Origin: Rhodospirillaceae bacterium
GTDB taxonomy: Bacteria > Pseudomonadota > Alphaproteobacteria > Rhodospirillales > UBA2165
Direction of reading: 5' to 3'
Assembly: GCA_947467145.1 (NCBI GenBank)
Contig: CANIGJ010000003.1
Location: 8,128-72,127 of the forward strand
DNA: 64,000 bases
The notes under the pieces are model-generated. The model ran no database searches. It was not told where the DNA came from and was given only the letters and a program-made list of their open reading frames with translations. A program made the translations under genes and the position numbers. Shown one piece after another: positions 63,483 through 64,000 of this stretch (the stretch's first letter is position 1; each line of letters opens with the position of its first letter).

Positions 63483-63741
63483 TACCGATCTCCATGTTGT
63501 TGTAATGTTTTTTTGTAGTGTCGGTGGCTCAAACGACAAAGAGGTTTCCGAGTCGTTTAGTGGGTTTTTTGATCAGCCGCTGTTTGTTGGATTTTTCTCA
63601 TTCAGCGGTGGCTTGTTTTCCAACGTCAGGGCGTTGTTTCGTTTCCAACGTGTCCAAGTACTCAAAAACGTTTTTCGTTAGCCCACGTACGAGCCACGTG
63701 ATGCCAGCGTCTATCCAACGAAAAGAAAAACCTAACTACAA

Positions 63742-64000
63742 TCAATTGCACCTGTGGCGTACTTCTTTGAATGTCAGCGTAGCCAGCTTATGAAGTTCTG
63801 CTGCATCAAGTCCCAATCGTGCGTGACGAAGATTTTCCTCAAGCAATTTGAAGTGCAATCTCATCAGTGTCTCAATGCTGGGTTGGCTGTCAGTGGATTT
63901 CAGATACGCAAAATATCCAGGCTTCTTTCCCAGCCAGCTTTCATCGAAGCTGTACTGATCTAAAACGTATCCATGACGGCGCAGAATTTTAAATGCCTCA
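63742..64000 (-). CDS. island-borne hypothetical protein, C-terminal part (start beyond window)
   Basis: Own reverse-strand translation: ...EAFKILRRHGYVLDQYSFDESWLGKKPGYFAYLKSTDSQPSIETLMRLHFKLLEENLRHARLGLDAAELHKLATLTFKEVRHRCN, stop 63744-63742. Open to the window edge. Confidence 0.45.
   Translation of the reverse strand, partial: EAFKILRRHGYVLDQYSFDESWLGKKPGYFAYLKSTDSQPSIETLMRLHFKLLEENLRHARLGLDAAELHKLATLTFKEVRHRCN

Larger units (their letters stand above)
61424..64000. mobile_element. left end of a tRNA-Ala-associated genomic island (tandem, partly decayed); continues past the window
   Basis: Composition shifts to lower GC after 61.4 kb. Two direct copies of a tRNA-Ala 3-prime fragment are present. 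Between and after them are non-core genes, including small island-type proteins on the minus strand. Confidence 0.55.

Overview
High-GC, alphaproteobacterial-type chromosome segment, densely coded on both strands and mostly ordinary core genome. All protein-family calls rest on motifs read in the supplied translations; no searches were run. Recognisable genes: htpX, rlmN, argG, pheS/pheT, rplT, rpmI, infC, thrS, ftsK, an hsp20/DUF1150 pair, and a complete PHB cluster (phaR-phaJ-phaA divergent from phaP-phaB-phaC). Also present are one TRAP and two Tct/Bug-type transport loci, several MFS/EamA/TauE transporters, an OmpR/histidine-kinase pair, LPS-type glycosyltransferases, HU and a tandem USP. 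I saw no rRNA, intact tRNA, CRISPR array or transposase.

Strongest sequence-supported signals:
1. A Thr-codon leader peptide with competing terminator/antiterminator helices directly upstream of thrS.
2. An SD-positioned in-frame AUC start for infC.
3. Repeated TTTTGC-N3-GCAAAA palindromes in the phaR/phaP control region.
4. A lower-GC genomic-island junction at the right end (about 61.4 kb to the window edge). It is marked by two degenerate direct copies of the 3-prime 49 nt of a tRNA-Ala(GGC) gene.
5. A membrane / 2Fe-2S / class III cyclase fusion.
6. Tandem EEP-nuclease paralogues, one with a degenerate active site.
7. A small atypical-composition DUF350 plus membrane-anchored trypsin-like protease cassette.
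8. A ROSE-like thermometer before hsp20, a perfect CtrA box before ftsK, an orphan flagellin-like gene and a TctA-TctB fusion.

I cannot point to a clear multi-gene novel defence-type system. The thrS attenuator and the island junction are the best candidates for follow-up.
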